Shown: one piece after another, positions 38,540 to 50,679 of the stretch
How positions within the stretch are numbered: position 1 is the first letter of the stretch
How the letters are laid out: each line of letters opens with the position of its first letter
Assembly (NCBI RefSeq): GCF_006345805.1
Contig: NW_021833050.1
Span: 1 to 64,000, forward strand
Direction: 5' to 3'
Origin: Octopus sinensis
Taxonomy: Eukaryota
DNA length: 64,000 bases
Made by a program: the position numbers and the translations under genes
Notes under the pieces: model-generated
The model's database searches: none
The model's input: only the letters and a program-made list of their open reading frames with translations
What the model was told of the DNA's origin: nothing

Positions 38540-38970
38540 CATCATCATCATCATCATCGTTTAACGTCCGCTTTCCATGCTAGCATGGGTTGGATGTGTC
38601 AACTGGGGTCTGGGAAGCCAGAAGGCTGCAGCAGGCCCAGTCTGATCTGGCAATGTTTCTACGGCTGGATGCCCTTCCTAACGCCAACCACTCCATGAGT
38701 GAAGTGGGTGCTTTTTACGTGCCACCGGCACGGGGGCCAGACGAGGCTGGCAAACGGCCACGATCGGATGGTGCTTTTTATGTGCCACTGGCACGGAGGC
38801 CAGGTGAGGCTGGCAACAGCCACGAACGGATGGTGCTTTTTACGTGCCACCGGCACCGGTGCCAGATGAGGCTGGCAAACGGCCACGATCGGATGGTGCT
38901 TTTTACGTGCCACCGGCACGGGGTCCAGGTGAGGCTGGCAAACGGCCACAATCGGATGGTGCTTTTTATG
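38540..38970 (-). mobile_element. SINE/retroposon family D ((GAT)n tail, GGAAGGGCATCC motif, internal ~67-bp tandem units)
   Basis: Representative copy. Others at about 1344-1592, 7050-7385, 21110-21325, 23535-23775, 24700-24910, 36525-36840, 37958-38300, 42880-43140, 52640-52935, 53930-54395 and 62697-63060. GGAAGGGCATCC recalls the V-SINE conserved domain. Confidence 0.75.
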
Positions 38971-39672
38971 ATTGATAAAAAACATATACATATACTGAGT
39001 GTACAACTGGACGGGAGACAGACACAGAAGGTGCCTAAATCTTCATCAGTTATCAACCAAATTGGTAATACTCAGTTTCGCACAACTGATGAAGAATTAG
39101 GGTCCTTTTGTGTCTGTCTCCCATCTGGTTGTACATTCAGTGTACATGTATGTTTTTTTATCTGTTGTTTATATACATTTATTAAGTAATGGTATGCGAC
39201 ACACACCCAATTTATATATTGCTGAGAGCCCCCTTTGGTCACGACTGACCATGGGATTGCACCTAGAAAGTTACCCTCCCAGGCACAAGTCTGGGCAAGG
39301 TTGTTTATGGAAGACCAGCAGTCGCCCATGCATACGGCCTCCCCTCTCCACACCACCAGTGTTATCCAAGGGAAAGGCAAAGGCCATATTCAAGGAAAAG
39401 GCAAAGGGGCCAATAAAGCTTGGCACCTGTGCCTTTAGTAGAAAGAATTATTATTATCGTTATTAGGGCAGTGAGCTGGCGTTTCATCCATCTTTACATT
39501 CCGAGTTCAAATTCCGACAAGGTCAGTTTTACCTTTCCTCCTTTTGGGGTTGATAAAATAAGTACCTGTTGAGCAATGGGGTCAATCTAATTGCCCCCTT
39601 CTCCAAAATTTCTGGCCTTGTGCCAAAAGGAAAACAAAGCAGTGAGCTGGTAGAATTGTTAGTATAGGTGCA

Positions 39673-40170
39673 TGGTAAGTATCTTGCTTACCAACCACAT
39701 GGTTCTGGGTTCAGTCCCACTGCGTGGCACCTTGGGCAAGTGTCTTCTGCTATAGCCCCAGGCCGACCAATGCCTTGTGAGTGGATTTGGTTGATGGAAA
39801 CTGAAACCAACCACATGGTTCTGGGTTCAGTCCCACTGCGTGGCATCTTGGGCAAGTGTCTTCTGCTATAGCCCTGGGCCGACCAATGCCTTGTGAGTGG
39901 ATTTGGTTGATGGAAACTGAAAGAAGCCTGTCGTATATATGTATATATATATGTATATGTGTGTGTGTATATGTTTTTGCGTCTGTGTTTGTCCCCCTCT
40001 GCATTGCTTGACAACCGATGCTGGTGTGTTTAGTCCCCGTCACTTAGCGGTTCAGCAAAAGAGACCGATAGAATAAGTACTGGGCTTACAAAGAATAAGT
40101 CCCGGGGTCGATTTGCTCGACTAAAGGCGGTGCTCCAGCATGGCCGCAGTCAAATGACTGAAGCAAGAAA
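39673..40170 (+). mobile_element. SINE family B with duplicated 5' part
   Basis: Family body. Confidence 0.78.
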
Positions 40171-40648
40171 AAAGAGTATGCCAGGTAAAATGCTTAGCAG
40201 CATTTCATTTATCTCTACATTCTGAGTTCAAATCCTGCCCAGGTCACCTTTGCCTTTCATTCTTTCAGGGTTGATAAAATAAGTACCAGCTATACATTGG
40301 GGTTTGATGAAATCTATTTATTCCCTCCCCGAAAATTGTTGGCCTTGTGCCAGAATTTGAAACCACTATTATCCATTTCTTTATTACCCACAAGGGGCTA
40401 AACACAGAGGGGACAAACAAGGACAGACAAAGGTATTAAGTCGATTACATCGACCCCAGTGCGTAACTGGTACTTAATTTATCGACCCCGAAAGGATGAA
40501 AGGCAAAGTCGACCTCGGCGGAATTTGAACTCAGAACATAGCGGCAGACGAAATACGGCCACGCATTTCGCCCGGCGTGCTAACCATTCTGCCAGCTCTC
40601 ATCATCATCATCATCATTCTCATCATTGGTTTTTCTTTGTCCAATCAG

Positions 40649-40699
40649 GTGATGCCTGACAGTGAACCAGACAAAATGGGTTTGACCAAAGGAGATCAG
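40649..40699 (+). CDS. PDZD11: PDZD11 coding exon 4
   Basis: ttttctttgtccaatcag|VMPDSEPDKMGLTKGDQ|gtaaat. Confidence 0.92.
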
Positions 40700-40860
40700 G
40701 TAAATTCACTCTCCCTTTGTCAGTCTGTATATATCTCTACTCCATACCCCGTCTCTCTCTCTCTCTCTCTCTTTCTTTCTTCCTGCATCCTATCTCTCCA
40801 CTTCACTCTGTTCTCTTCTTTCTCATTCTCCACTGTTTCCCTCCCTCTCTCACTTCCCTA

Positions 40861-41696
40861 TCATCATCATCATTGTTCGACCGTGGTCGAGACAATGGAA
40901 TTTACCATGCTACGCCAGACTTCACGGTCCATCATGGCATTACGGAGGTCCTGTTGCTGGATGCCTGTATCCCTAGAGATTACATCAGGGTAGGAGAGTG
41001 TGCGCCCTCTGGTATTGCGAGTAGATGGCTTCCAGAGGAGAAGAGTAGAAATTGCCTCTTTGTCAGCTCTACAACAATGTCCAGCAAACTGGACTCTCCT
41101 ACCTTTCACAAGAGATGATATGTATGTATGTATGTATGTATATATATATATATATCATCATTGTTCGACCGTGGTTGAGACAATGGAATTTACCATGCTA
41201 CGCCAGACTTCACGGTCCATCATGGCATTACGGAGGTCCTGTTGCTGGATGCCTGTATCCCTGGAGATTACATCAGGGTAGGAGAGTGTGCGCCCTCTGG
41301 TATCGCGAGTAGATGGCTTTCAGAGGAGAAGAGTAGAAATTACCTCTTTTTCAGCTCTACAACAATGTCCAGCAAACTGGACTCTTCTACCTTTCACAAG
41401 AGATATGTATGTATGTATATATATATATGTATGTATGTATATATATATCATCATCATCATTGTTTGATTGTGGTTGAGACAATGGAATTTACCATGCTAC
41501 GACAGACTTCATGGTCCATCATGGCTTTACGGAGGTCCTGTTGCTGGATGCCTGTATCCCTGGAGATTACATCAGGGTAGGAGAGTGTGCGCCCTCTGGT
41601 ATTGCGAGCAGATGGCTTCCAGAGGAGAAGAGTAGAAATTGCCTCTTTGTCAGCTCTACAACAATGTCCAGCAAACTGGACTCTCCTACCTTTCAC
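40861..41696 (-). mobile_element. Three tandem copies of an RTE-like LINE 3' end (about 250 bp each) separated by TA/TATG tracts
   Basis: RRVQFAGHCCRADKEAISTLLLW...RGRTLSYPDVI...AMMDREVWRSMV in each copy, with (TGA)n tails. Confidence 0.8.
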
Positions 41697-41990
41697 TTCC
41701 TCCTCTTATTCTAATCCCCTTCTCTCTCTCTCAATAATAGGAAATACTCCAAGAGAGCTCTCTACATATTAGACATGCTTCCAGTAGGAACTCATGTACA
41801 TAAATGTTGGGAGTTAAGATTGTTTGGTGTCAATTAAAATTCTCTATGCAATTAGTCAACAAAACCTCCCGGCTATTCCCCTCTCTACCATTGTTCATAA
41901 TTATTATCAACATCCACTGCTTGTAATGCAGCAAGTTCTGAGATGTGCAAAGGTAAGCAAAACATACATGTGCATACATACATACATATA

Positions 41991-42410
41991 GGCGCAGGAG
42001 TGGCTGTGTGGTAAGCAGCTTGCTAACCAACCATATGGTTCCGGGTTCAGTCACACTGCGTGGCATCTTGGCCAAGTGTCTTCTACTATAGCCTCGAGCC
42101 AACCAAAACCTTGTGAGTGGATTTGGTAGACGGAAACTGAAAGAAGCCCGTCGTATATATGTATATATATATATATATGTATGTATGTGTATGTGTATGT
42201 GTGTGTCTGTGTTTGTCCCCCTAGCATTGCTTGACAACCGATGCTGGTGTGTTTATGTCCCCGTCACTTAGCGGTTCGGCAAAAGAGAACGATAGAATAA
42301 GTGCTGGGCTTACAAAGAATAAGTCCCGGGGTCGAGTTGCTCGACTAAAAAGGTGGTGCTCCAGCATGGCCGCAGTCAACTGACTGAAACAAGTAAAAGA
42401 GTAAAAGAGA
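41991..42410 (+). mobile_element. SINE family B, full length
   Basis: Head to AAAAGAG tail. Confidence 0.82.
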
Positions 42411-42701
42411 ATATATACATATATATAAAATACAATGTACATTTAAACATATTAAGAGGTTTCCTTAGAAATCCTTTATGCTAGAAAGAACAGCTAAAGT
42501 CCAAACCACTAATTAGGGATAAATTCTCGAAGGGAATGAAAAATATTTTCATACCCTTCGAGAATTTATCCCATGGGATTGAGAAGCAAGCTTCTTACCA
42601 CATAGCCACACCTTTACCTACCCTTTCGTTACATTATTTCGTTATCTTGCTGTGTGATTATGTTGTCATATCCTAATATCTTTGTTTCATTTCCTCGCCA
42701 G

Positions 42702-42749
42702 ATTTTGTCTGTCAATGGAATTAACTTCGAAAGCATCGAACATAATGAG
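42702..42749 (+). CDS. PDZD11: PDZD11 coding exon 5
   Basis: tttcatttcctcgccag|ILSVNGINFESIEHNE|gtaaga. Confidence 0.92.
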
Positions 42750-43140
42750 GTAAGAGCCCTACCCTCATCACCCTCTCAGCCACCATTTGTCTTGGTAATT
42801 TACTTGCATTGACCCCCTAGAAACATGATGGGGCACATGAAAAAAGACTGCTCAACCCTGATGGAATGTCTTTTTTTTAGCCGGCACCACCCTGACTGGC
42901 CTCTGTGCCAGTGGCACGTAAAAACCATCATCTGATCGTGGCCGTTGCCAGCCTCGTCTGGTCTCCGTGCCGGTGGCACGTAAAATGCCCCATCCGATTG
43001 GGGCCCTTTGCCACCCTCGTCTGACCGCTGTCCCGGTGGCACGTAAAAAGCACCATTCGATCATGGCCGTTGCCAGCCTCGTCTGGTCTCCGTGCCGGTG
43101 GCTCGTAAAAAGCCCCATCCGATCGGGGCCGTTTGCCAGC

Positions 43141-44126
43141 CTTTGTTTTGTACACCACCTGTCTTCGTCTTTTGTTTTTTTGTAAACTCTCCCTCTATAT
43201 TATATATATATATACACACACACACGCTCACACATACACACACACACACATACATGATAGATCGGTAGCCACTACACACATTTTTTTCTCTCCTTGTTTT
43301 CTGTGTCCCTTTCTGTAGAAGAGCGTAGGCTTGAAATGTAAAAGACTTTTTCAATTCCTGAGCATTATACTAATACATCTGTTTGTTTTGTACACCACCT
43401 GTCTTCGTCTTTTGTTTTTTTCGTAAACTCTCCCTACATATATATATATATATATATACACACACGCTCACACATACACACACACGATAGATCGGTAGCC
43501 ACTACACACATTTTTTTCTCTCCTTGTTTTCTGTGTCCCTTTCTGTAGAAGAGCGTAGCCTCGAAACGTAAACGACTTTTTCTATTCCTGAGCGTTATAC
43601 TAATACATCTGTTTGTTTTGTACACCACCTGCCTTCGTCTTTTGTTCTTTTCGTAAACTCTCCCTACATATATATATATATATATACACACACACGCTCA
43701 CACATACACACACACACACACGATAGATCGGTAGCCACTACACACATTTTTTTTCTGTGTCCCTTTCTGTAGAAGAAGGTAGGCTCGAAATGTAAAAGAC
43801 TTTTTCTATTCCTGAGTGTTATACTAATACATCTGTTTGTTTTGTACACCACCCGCCTTCGTTTTTTGTTTTTTTCGTAAACTTTCCCTATATATATATA
43901 TATATATTACACACACACGCTCACACATACACACACACACACACGATAGATCGGTAGCCACTACACACATTTTTTTCTCTCCTTGTTTTCTGTGTCCCTT
44001 TCTGTAGAAGAGCGTAGCCTCGAAACGTAAACGACTTTTTCTATTCCTGAGCGTTATACTAATACATCTGTTTGTTTTGTACACCACCTGCCTTCGTCTT
44101 TTGTTCTTTTCGTAAACTCTCCCTAC

Positions 44127-44157
<31 letters not shown>

Positions 44158-44358
44158 CTCACACATACACACACACGATAGATCGGTAGCCACTACACAC
44201 ATTTTTTTCTCTCCTTGTTTTCTGTGTCCCTTTCTGTAGAAGAGCGTAGCCTCGAAACGTAAACGACTTTTTCTATTCCTGAGTGTTATACTAATACATC
44301 TGTTTGTTTTGTACACCACCTGCCTTCGTCTTTTGTTCTTTTCGTAAACTCTCCCTAC

Positions 44359-44390
<32 letters not shown>

Positions 44391-46600
44391 CACGCTCACA
44401 CATACACACACACACACACGATAGATCAGTAGCCACTACACACATTTTTTTTCTCTCCTTGTTTTTTTCTGTGTCCCTTTCTGTAGAGAAGGTAGGCTCG
44501 AAATGTAAAAGACTTTTTCTATTCCTGAGCGTTATTATACTAATACATCTGTTTGTTTTGTACACCACCTGCCTTCGTCTTTTGTTCTTTTCGTAAACTC
44601 TCCCTACATATATATATATATATATAATAATATATATACACACACGCTCACACATACACACACACACACACGATAGATCGGTAGCACTACACACATTTTT
44701 TTTCTCTCCTCGTTTTTTTCTGTGTCCCTTTCTGTAGAGAAGAAGGTAGGCTCGAAATGTAAAAGATTTTTTCTATTCCTGAGCGCGTTATACTAATACA
44801 TGTTTGTTTTGTACACACCTGTCTTCGTCTTTGGTGTTTTTTTCGTAAACTCTCCCTACATCTATATATATATATATATACACACAAACGCTCACACATA
44901 CACACCACACACACACGATAGATCGGTAGCCACTACACACATTTTTTTCTCTCCTTGTTTTTTTCTGTGTCCCTTTCTGTAGAAGAAGGTAGGCTCGAAA
45001 TGTAAAAGACTTTTTCTATTCCTGAGCGTTATACTAATACATCTGTTTGTTTTGTACCCACCTGCCTTCGTCTTTTGTTCTTTTCGTAAACTCTCCCTCA
45101 TACAATATATTATATAGATATATATATATACACACACACGCTCACACATACACACACACACACACGATAGATCGGTAGCCACTACAACACATTTTCTTCT
45201 CTCTCGTTTTTTTCTGTGTCCCTTTCTGTAGAAGAAGGTAGGCTCGAAATGTAAAAGACTTTTTCTATTCCTGAGCGTTATACTATACATCTGTTTGTTT
45301 TGTACACCACCTGTCTTCGTCTTTTTTTTTTTTCGTAAACTCTCCCTACACTATATATATATATATATATATATAACACACACGCTCACACATACACACA
45401 CACACACACGATAGATGGTAGCCACTACACACATTTTTTTCTTCCTCGTTTTTTTCTGTGTCCTTTCTGTAGAAGAAGGTAGGCTCGAAATGTAAAAGAC
45501 TTTTTCTATTCTGAGGTCCTATACTATACTAATACATCTGTTTGTTGTACACCACCTGTCTTCGTCTTTTGTTTTTTTCGTAAACTCTCCCTACATATAT
45601 ATATATATATATATATATACACCACACACCGCTCACACATACACACCACCACACACGATAGATCGGTGGTAGCACTACACACATTTTTTTTCTCTCCTCG
45701 TTTTTTTCTGTGTCCTTCACGTAGAAGAAGGTAGGCTCGAAATGTAAAAGACTTTTCTATTCCTGAGCGTTATACTAATACATCTGTTTGTTTTGTACAC
45801 CACCTGTCTTCGTCTTTTGTTTTTTTCGTAAACTCTCCCTACATATATATATATATATATATATACACCACACCAGCCCACACACACACACACACACACG
45901 ATAGATCGGTAGCCACTACACACATTTTTTTTCTCTCCTCGTTTTTTTCTGTGTCCCTTTCTGTAGAGAAGGTAGGCTCGAAATGTAAAAGACTTTTTCT
46001 ATTCTGAGCGTTATACTAATACATCTGTTTGTTTTGTACACCACCTGTCTTCGTCTTTTGTTTTTTTCGTAAACTCTCCCTACATATATATATATATATA
46101 TATATTTATATACACACACACGCTCACACCATACACACACACACACGATAGATCGGTAGCCACTACACACATTTTTTTTTCTCCTCTGTTTTTTCTGTGT
46201 CCCTTTCTGTAGAAGAAGGTAGGCTCGAAATGTAAAAGACTTTTTCTATTCCTGAGCGTTATACTAATACATCTGTTTGTTTTGTACACCACCTGTCTTC
46301 GTCTTTTGTTTTTTTCGTAAACTCTCCCTACATATAATATATATATATATATATATACACACACACGCTCACACATACACACACACACACACGATAGATC
46401 GGTAGCCACTACACACATTTTTTTTCTCTCCTCGTTTTTTTCTGTGTCCCTTTCTGTAGAAGAAGGTAGGCTCGAAATGTAAAAGACTTTTTCTATTCCT
46501 GAGCGTTATACTAATACATCTGTTTGTTTTGTACACCACCTGTCTTCGTCTTTTGTTTTTTTCGTAAACTCTCCCTACATATATATATTATATATATATA
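43141..46600 (+). repeat. Tandem array, 225-250-bp unit, 14 copies, each with a hammerhead-like motif
   Basis: The ctgtagaag anchor recurs 14 times from 43313 to 46454; a dispersed monomer lies at about 2836-3060. Confidence 0.95.
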
Positions 46601-46619
46601 TACTGTACTGTACTTTCAG

Positions 46620-46680
46620 GCTGTTAAAGTCTTGAAGATGAACACTACCATCCACATGGTTGTCCAATATTTTCCATTTG
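46620..46680 (+). CDS. PDZD11: PDZD11 coding exon 6
   Basis: tactttcag|AVKVLKMNTTIHMVVQYFPF-G|gtaagt (phase 1). Confidence 0.92.
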
Positions 46681-47189
46681 GTAAGTAGAGCTGTTCTCTG
46701 ATATCTATATGAGCTTAATAATTACTAGCAGGACCCATGGAAATTCCATGGTATAATTCAGCACACCAGGGGCAGTTTCAGGTTGGTTGGTTTCAAAAGG
46801 GTTAAATAAGTTTATATATTTTGGGGTCGATAAATTAAGTACCAGTTGTGTACTGGGGTCGATATAATCGACTGGTCTCCTCCCCCCAAAATTTGGGGCC
46901 TTGTGCCTAGTGCGGAAAAGCATAAGCTCCAGGTTTCAAAAAAGAAGTACTGTGGTTGATTTGTTCAACTGAAAGTACTTCAAGGCAGTGCCCCAGCTTG
47001 GCCACAGTCTAATAACTGCAACAAGTAAATGATAAACGATAAAAAATATTTGAATTTCATTAAAGTGAAGTTTATTCCCAGTTTTTATTATTATTATTTT
47101 TCAAATATCTATTTCATTTTATTTTCTTATCTAGTTTCAGCTCACGAGCTGTGGCCATGCTGGGGCACCACCATTAAAATAGTATATAT

Positions 47190-47997
47190 GTTTGTTCCAT
47201 CTCGAGCCATGCCTGGCTCATAAGGGCCGGTTTCCCAGTTTCCTTGGCGTATAAGATCTCCACCCTAACGGGACACAGGTCCGTCGCAGGTGAGCTGCAA
47301 GATGCAGGAGGAAAGAGTGAGAGAAAGTTGTGGCGAAATAGTCAGCAGAAGTTCGCCATTACCTTCTGCCGGAGCCGTATGGAGCTTAGGTGTTTTGCTC
47401 ATAAACACACACATCGCCCGGTCTGAGATTCAAACCCGCGATCCCTCGACTGCGAGTCTGCTGCTCTAACCACTAGGCCATGTGCCTCCACCAAAGTTGT
47501 GGCGAAAGAGTCAGCAGAAGTTCGCCATTACCTTCTGCCGGAGCCGTATGGAGCTTAGGTGTTTTGCTCATAAACACACACATCGCCCGGTCTGAGATTC
47601 GAACCCGCGATCCCTCGACTGCGAGTCTGCTGCTCTAACCACTAGGCCATGTGCCTCCACCAAAGTTGTGGCGAAAGAGTCAGCAGAAGTTCGCCATTAC
47701 CTTCTGCCGGAGCCGTATGGAGCTTAGGTGTTTTGCTCATAAACACACACATCGCCCGGTCTGAGATTCAAACCCGCGATCCCTCGACTGCGAGTCTGCT
47801 GCTCTAACCACTAGGCCATGTGCCTCCACCAAAGTTGTGGCGAAAGAATCAGCAGAAGTTCGCCATTACCTTCTGCCGGAGCCGCGTGGAGCTTAGGCGT
47901 TTCGCTCATAAACACACACATCGCCCGGTCTGAGATTCGAACCAACGATCCCTCGACCGCGAGTCCGCTGCTCTAACCACTTGGCCACGTGCCTCCA
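47190..47997 (-). mobile_element. tRNA-derived SINE (A-like head, different tail) with four tandem 169-bp head copies
   Basis: Units start at 47324, 47493, 47662 and 47831. Confidence 0.8.
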
Positions 47998-48055
47998 GAT
48001 TGTAATCAATAAATTATAATTGTAACCTGCTCTTTTCCTTTTTGTCTTCCGCCAG

Positions 48056-48117
48056 GCTATGATCGAACGTTTGACAAAAGCCGGTATTTTGCCTCACTGC
48101 AATGGAACCCTGAATGA
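48056..48117 (+). CDS. PDZD11: PDZD11 last coding exon
   Basis: ttttgtcttccgccag|GC TAT...: GYDRTFDKSRYFASLQWNPE*. The seven exons sum to 456 nt (151 aa plus stop) with consistent phases. Confidence 0.88.
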
Positions 48118-48454
48118 CTTGGTGACAGACAAAAGGAAGATACAGGACACACAGGACACACAGACAAATTCAGATTTGCACCATCTGTTGAAAGAGACAA
48201 TAACAAGTAATAACCACATAAAATGAAAAGGTGTTTTTTTTTTTTCCATTCTTTTTCTTCACTTTGAAGAACCTGGACCTTTTTGGTGAAGCGAGGTGAT
48301 GGATGGGTCCTTTTGTAAATTTTCCCTTTGATTTTTTTGTTTCTTTTAATTATTAATCACATCATTACTCCTGTTTATCAGTTAATGTAGTAATCATCAA
48401 CACCAGCATCATCATTTATTATCTCTCTCTTCCTCCATGCAAATTTTCTACAAA

Positions 48455-49110
48455 TTTTATACCAAGACAAAATAATGTACATGATAACACTTCCAAACAG
48501 TTAAGATCAGAAGCCATGAGAGCCACTGCCTGGTACTGCATCAGGGCATTAGCAAATCTGTGGTATTGAGCAGAATATTTGCTGTAGCCCATCTTTTATA
48601 CCAACACAAAACAATGTACATGATAACACTTCCAATCAGTTAAGATCAGAAGCCATGAGAGCCACTGCCTGGTACTGCATCAGGGCATTAGCAAATCTGT
48701 GGTATTAAGCAGAATATTTGCTGTAGCCCATCTTTTATACCGAGACAAAACAATGTACATGATAACACTTCCAATCAGTTAAGATCAGAAGCCATGAGAG
48801 CCACTGCCTGGTACTGCATCAGGGCATTAGCAAATCTGTGGTATTGAGCAGAATATTTGCTGTAGCCCATCTTTTATACCGAGACAAAACAATGTACATG
48901 ATAACACTTCCAAACAGTTAAGATCAGAAGCCATGAGAGCCACTGCCTGGTACTGCATCAGGGCATTAGCAAATCTGTGGTATTGAGCAGAATATTTGCT
49001 GTAGCCCATCTTTTATACCGAGACAAAACAATGTACATGATAACACTTCCAAACAGTTAAGATCAGAAGCCATGAGAGCCACTGCCTGGTACTGCATCAA
49101 GGCATTATTA
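48455..49110. repeat. Tandem array, 139-bp unit, about 4.7 copies, ending in (TTA)n
   Basis: cc(a/g)agacaaaa at 48462, 48601, 48740, 48879 and 49018. Confidence 0.95.
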
Positions 49111-49609
49111 TTATTATTATTATTAAGGTGGTGAGCTGGCAGAACTGTTGGCATGCTGGGCAAAATGCTTAGCGGTATTTTGTTAGGCGGCGAGCTGGCA
49201 GAAACGTTAGCGTGCTGGACGAAATGCTGAGCGGTATTTCGTCTGCCGCTACGTTCTGAGTTCAAATTCCGCTGAGGTCGACTTTGCCTTTCATCCTTTC
49301 GGGGTCGATAAATTAAGTACCAGTTACGCACTGGGGTCGATATAATCGACTTAATACCTATGTCTGTCCTTGTTTGTCCCCTCTATGTTTAGCCCCTTGT
49401 GGGCAATAAAGAAATAGGTATTTTGTCGGTCTGCACATTTTGAGTTCAAATTCCACTTTCGGGGATTAATATATTAAGTACCAGTGAAACACTAGGGTTG
49501 ATGTAATCATCTAGTCTCCTCCAGCCAAATTTCAGGCCTTGTGCCTTTAGTAGAAAGGATTATTATTATTCTTATTAGGGCAGTGAGCTGGCATTTCATT
49601 CATCTTTAA

Positions 49610-50030
49610 ATAATAATAATGGAATTATAGTAAACAGTGCTCAGGTGCACCACAACTTGTCAGAAAGTGCATATAAAGTACATGCAGTAATGTACAAATG
49701 TCTGAAAAGCGAACAATGTATGAGTCAGGTGTAGTGTTGGCGAATCTCAGGAAGCATGGAAGTTTTGAAGGATGCAGTGCTCCGACAGCTAACAACTGAT
49801 GCAGGCAGTTTGTTCCATGCTTCAGCAACTCTCAGCGTGAAGAAATGTTTCTGAAAGTCATGGGAGCTGTGCTGTTTTCTGACTTGGTAAATATGTCCAC
49901 GGGTGTTAGATGGGTGGAGTTTGAAAAGGTGCTCAGAGTTATTGTTTGTAAGATGGTTAATAATTTTATGGGTGTCTGCCAAGTCAGCTGCCAGGCGTCG
50001 GAGTTTCAATGTGTCACCAACCCGTAACTC
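49610..50030 (-). mobile_element. CR1-type LINE 3' fragment
   Basis: KLRRLAADL..THKII...NTRGH...FFTLRVAEAWNKLP, followed by a (TTA)n tail. Confidence 0.85.
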
Positions 50031-50679
50031 ATTTCATGTAAGGTCATCTTTCCTCAAGGCCAGAGTCACAGTGCTAGTTACAAATAAAGTTATATTTCCC
50101 CAACCACCAAGTGGGACAAACATTTTTCTTGAAAGTTATATTAGGGCCTGGGGGAAAATAAGTTGGGAAACACTGCTCTGCATGGTAGCAATAGAAATAG
50201 CAGTCAAATTGCCTCCATATTACACTGTTTTGTTTGTGAGTTTAGCAAGATGTGGGTATCTTCTACTGATATCTAGACCCGGTTGAAATAGCTACGAAAA
50301 ACTCCCTTAAATCACACCTACTGGTTTATGTAAGTATAAGCTCATTCTTTTATCCTTTTGTTTCGGTCATGCTGGAGCACCACCTTGAAGAACCACTCAA
50401 TTCTTAGCGCTTATTTTTGTTTTTAAGCTTGGTACTTATGTATCCAATGGGCTTCTTTCAGTTTCCATCTACCAAATCCGCTCAGAAGACTTTGGTCAGC
50501 CCAAGGCTATAGTAGAATACACTTACCCAAAGTACCATGCAGTGGGACTGAACCCAGGACCGTGTGGTTGGGAAGCAAAAGTCTTACCACATAGCCACAC
50601 CTGTGGGTTATCTCTACATAATTGCTAGATCTATTAAAACAGCAGCTAAATCTCTTTCAAATTATACCTTATTGTTTTG

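Noticed and set aside
38720-38960. CAGAYGA-GGCUGGC-AAA-CG motif in family D internal repeats as a hammerhead
   Set aside because: Both core halves deviate (CAGA, CAAA) and stems I/II do not form.
39000-39150. Palindrome with CTGATGA in both arms as a hammerhead
   Set aside because: No GAAA, stem III or UH downstream in either arm.
43141-49110. Regular repeat arrays as possible CRISPR
   Set aside because: Units are fully repeated with no unique spacers, the context is eukaryotic, and there are no cas genes.
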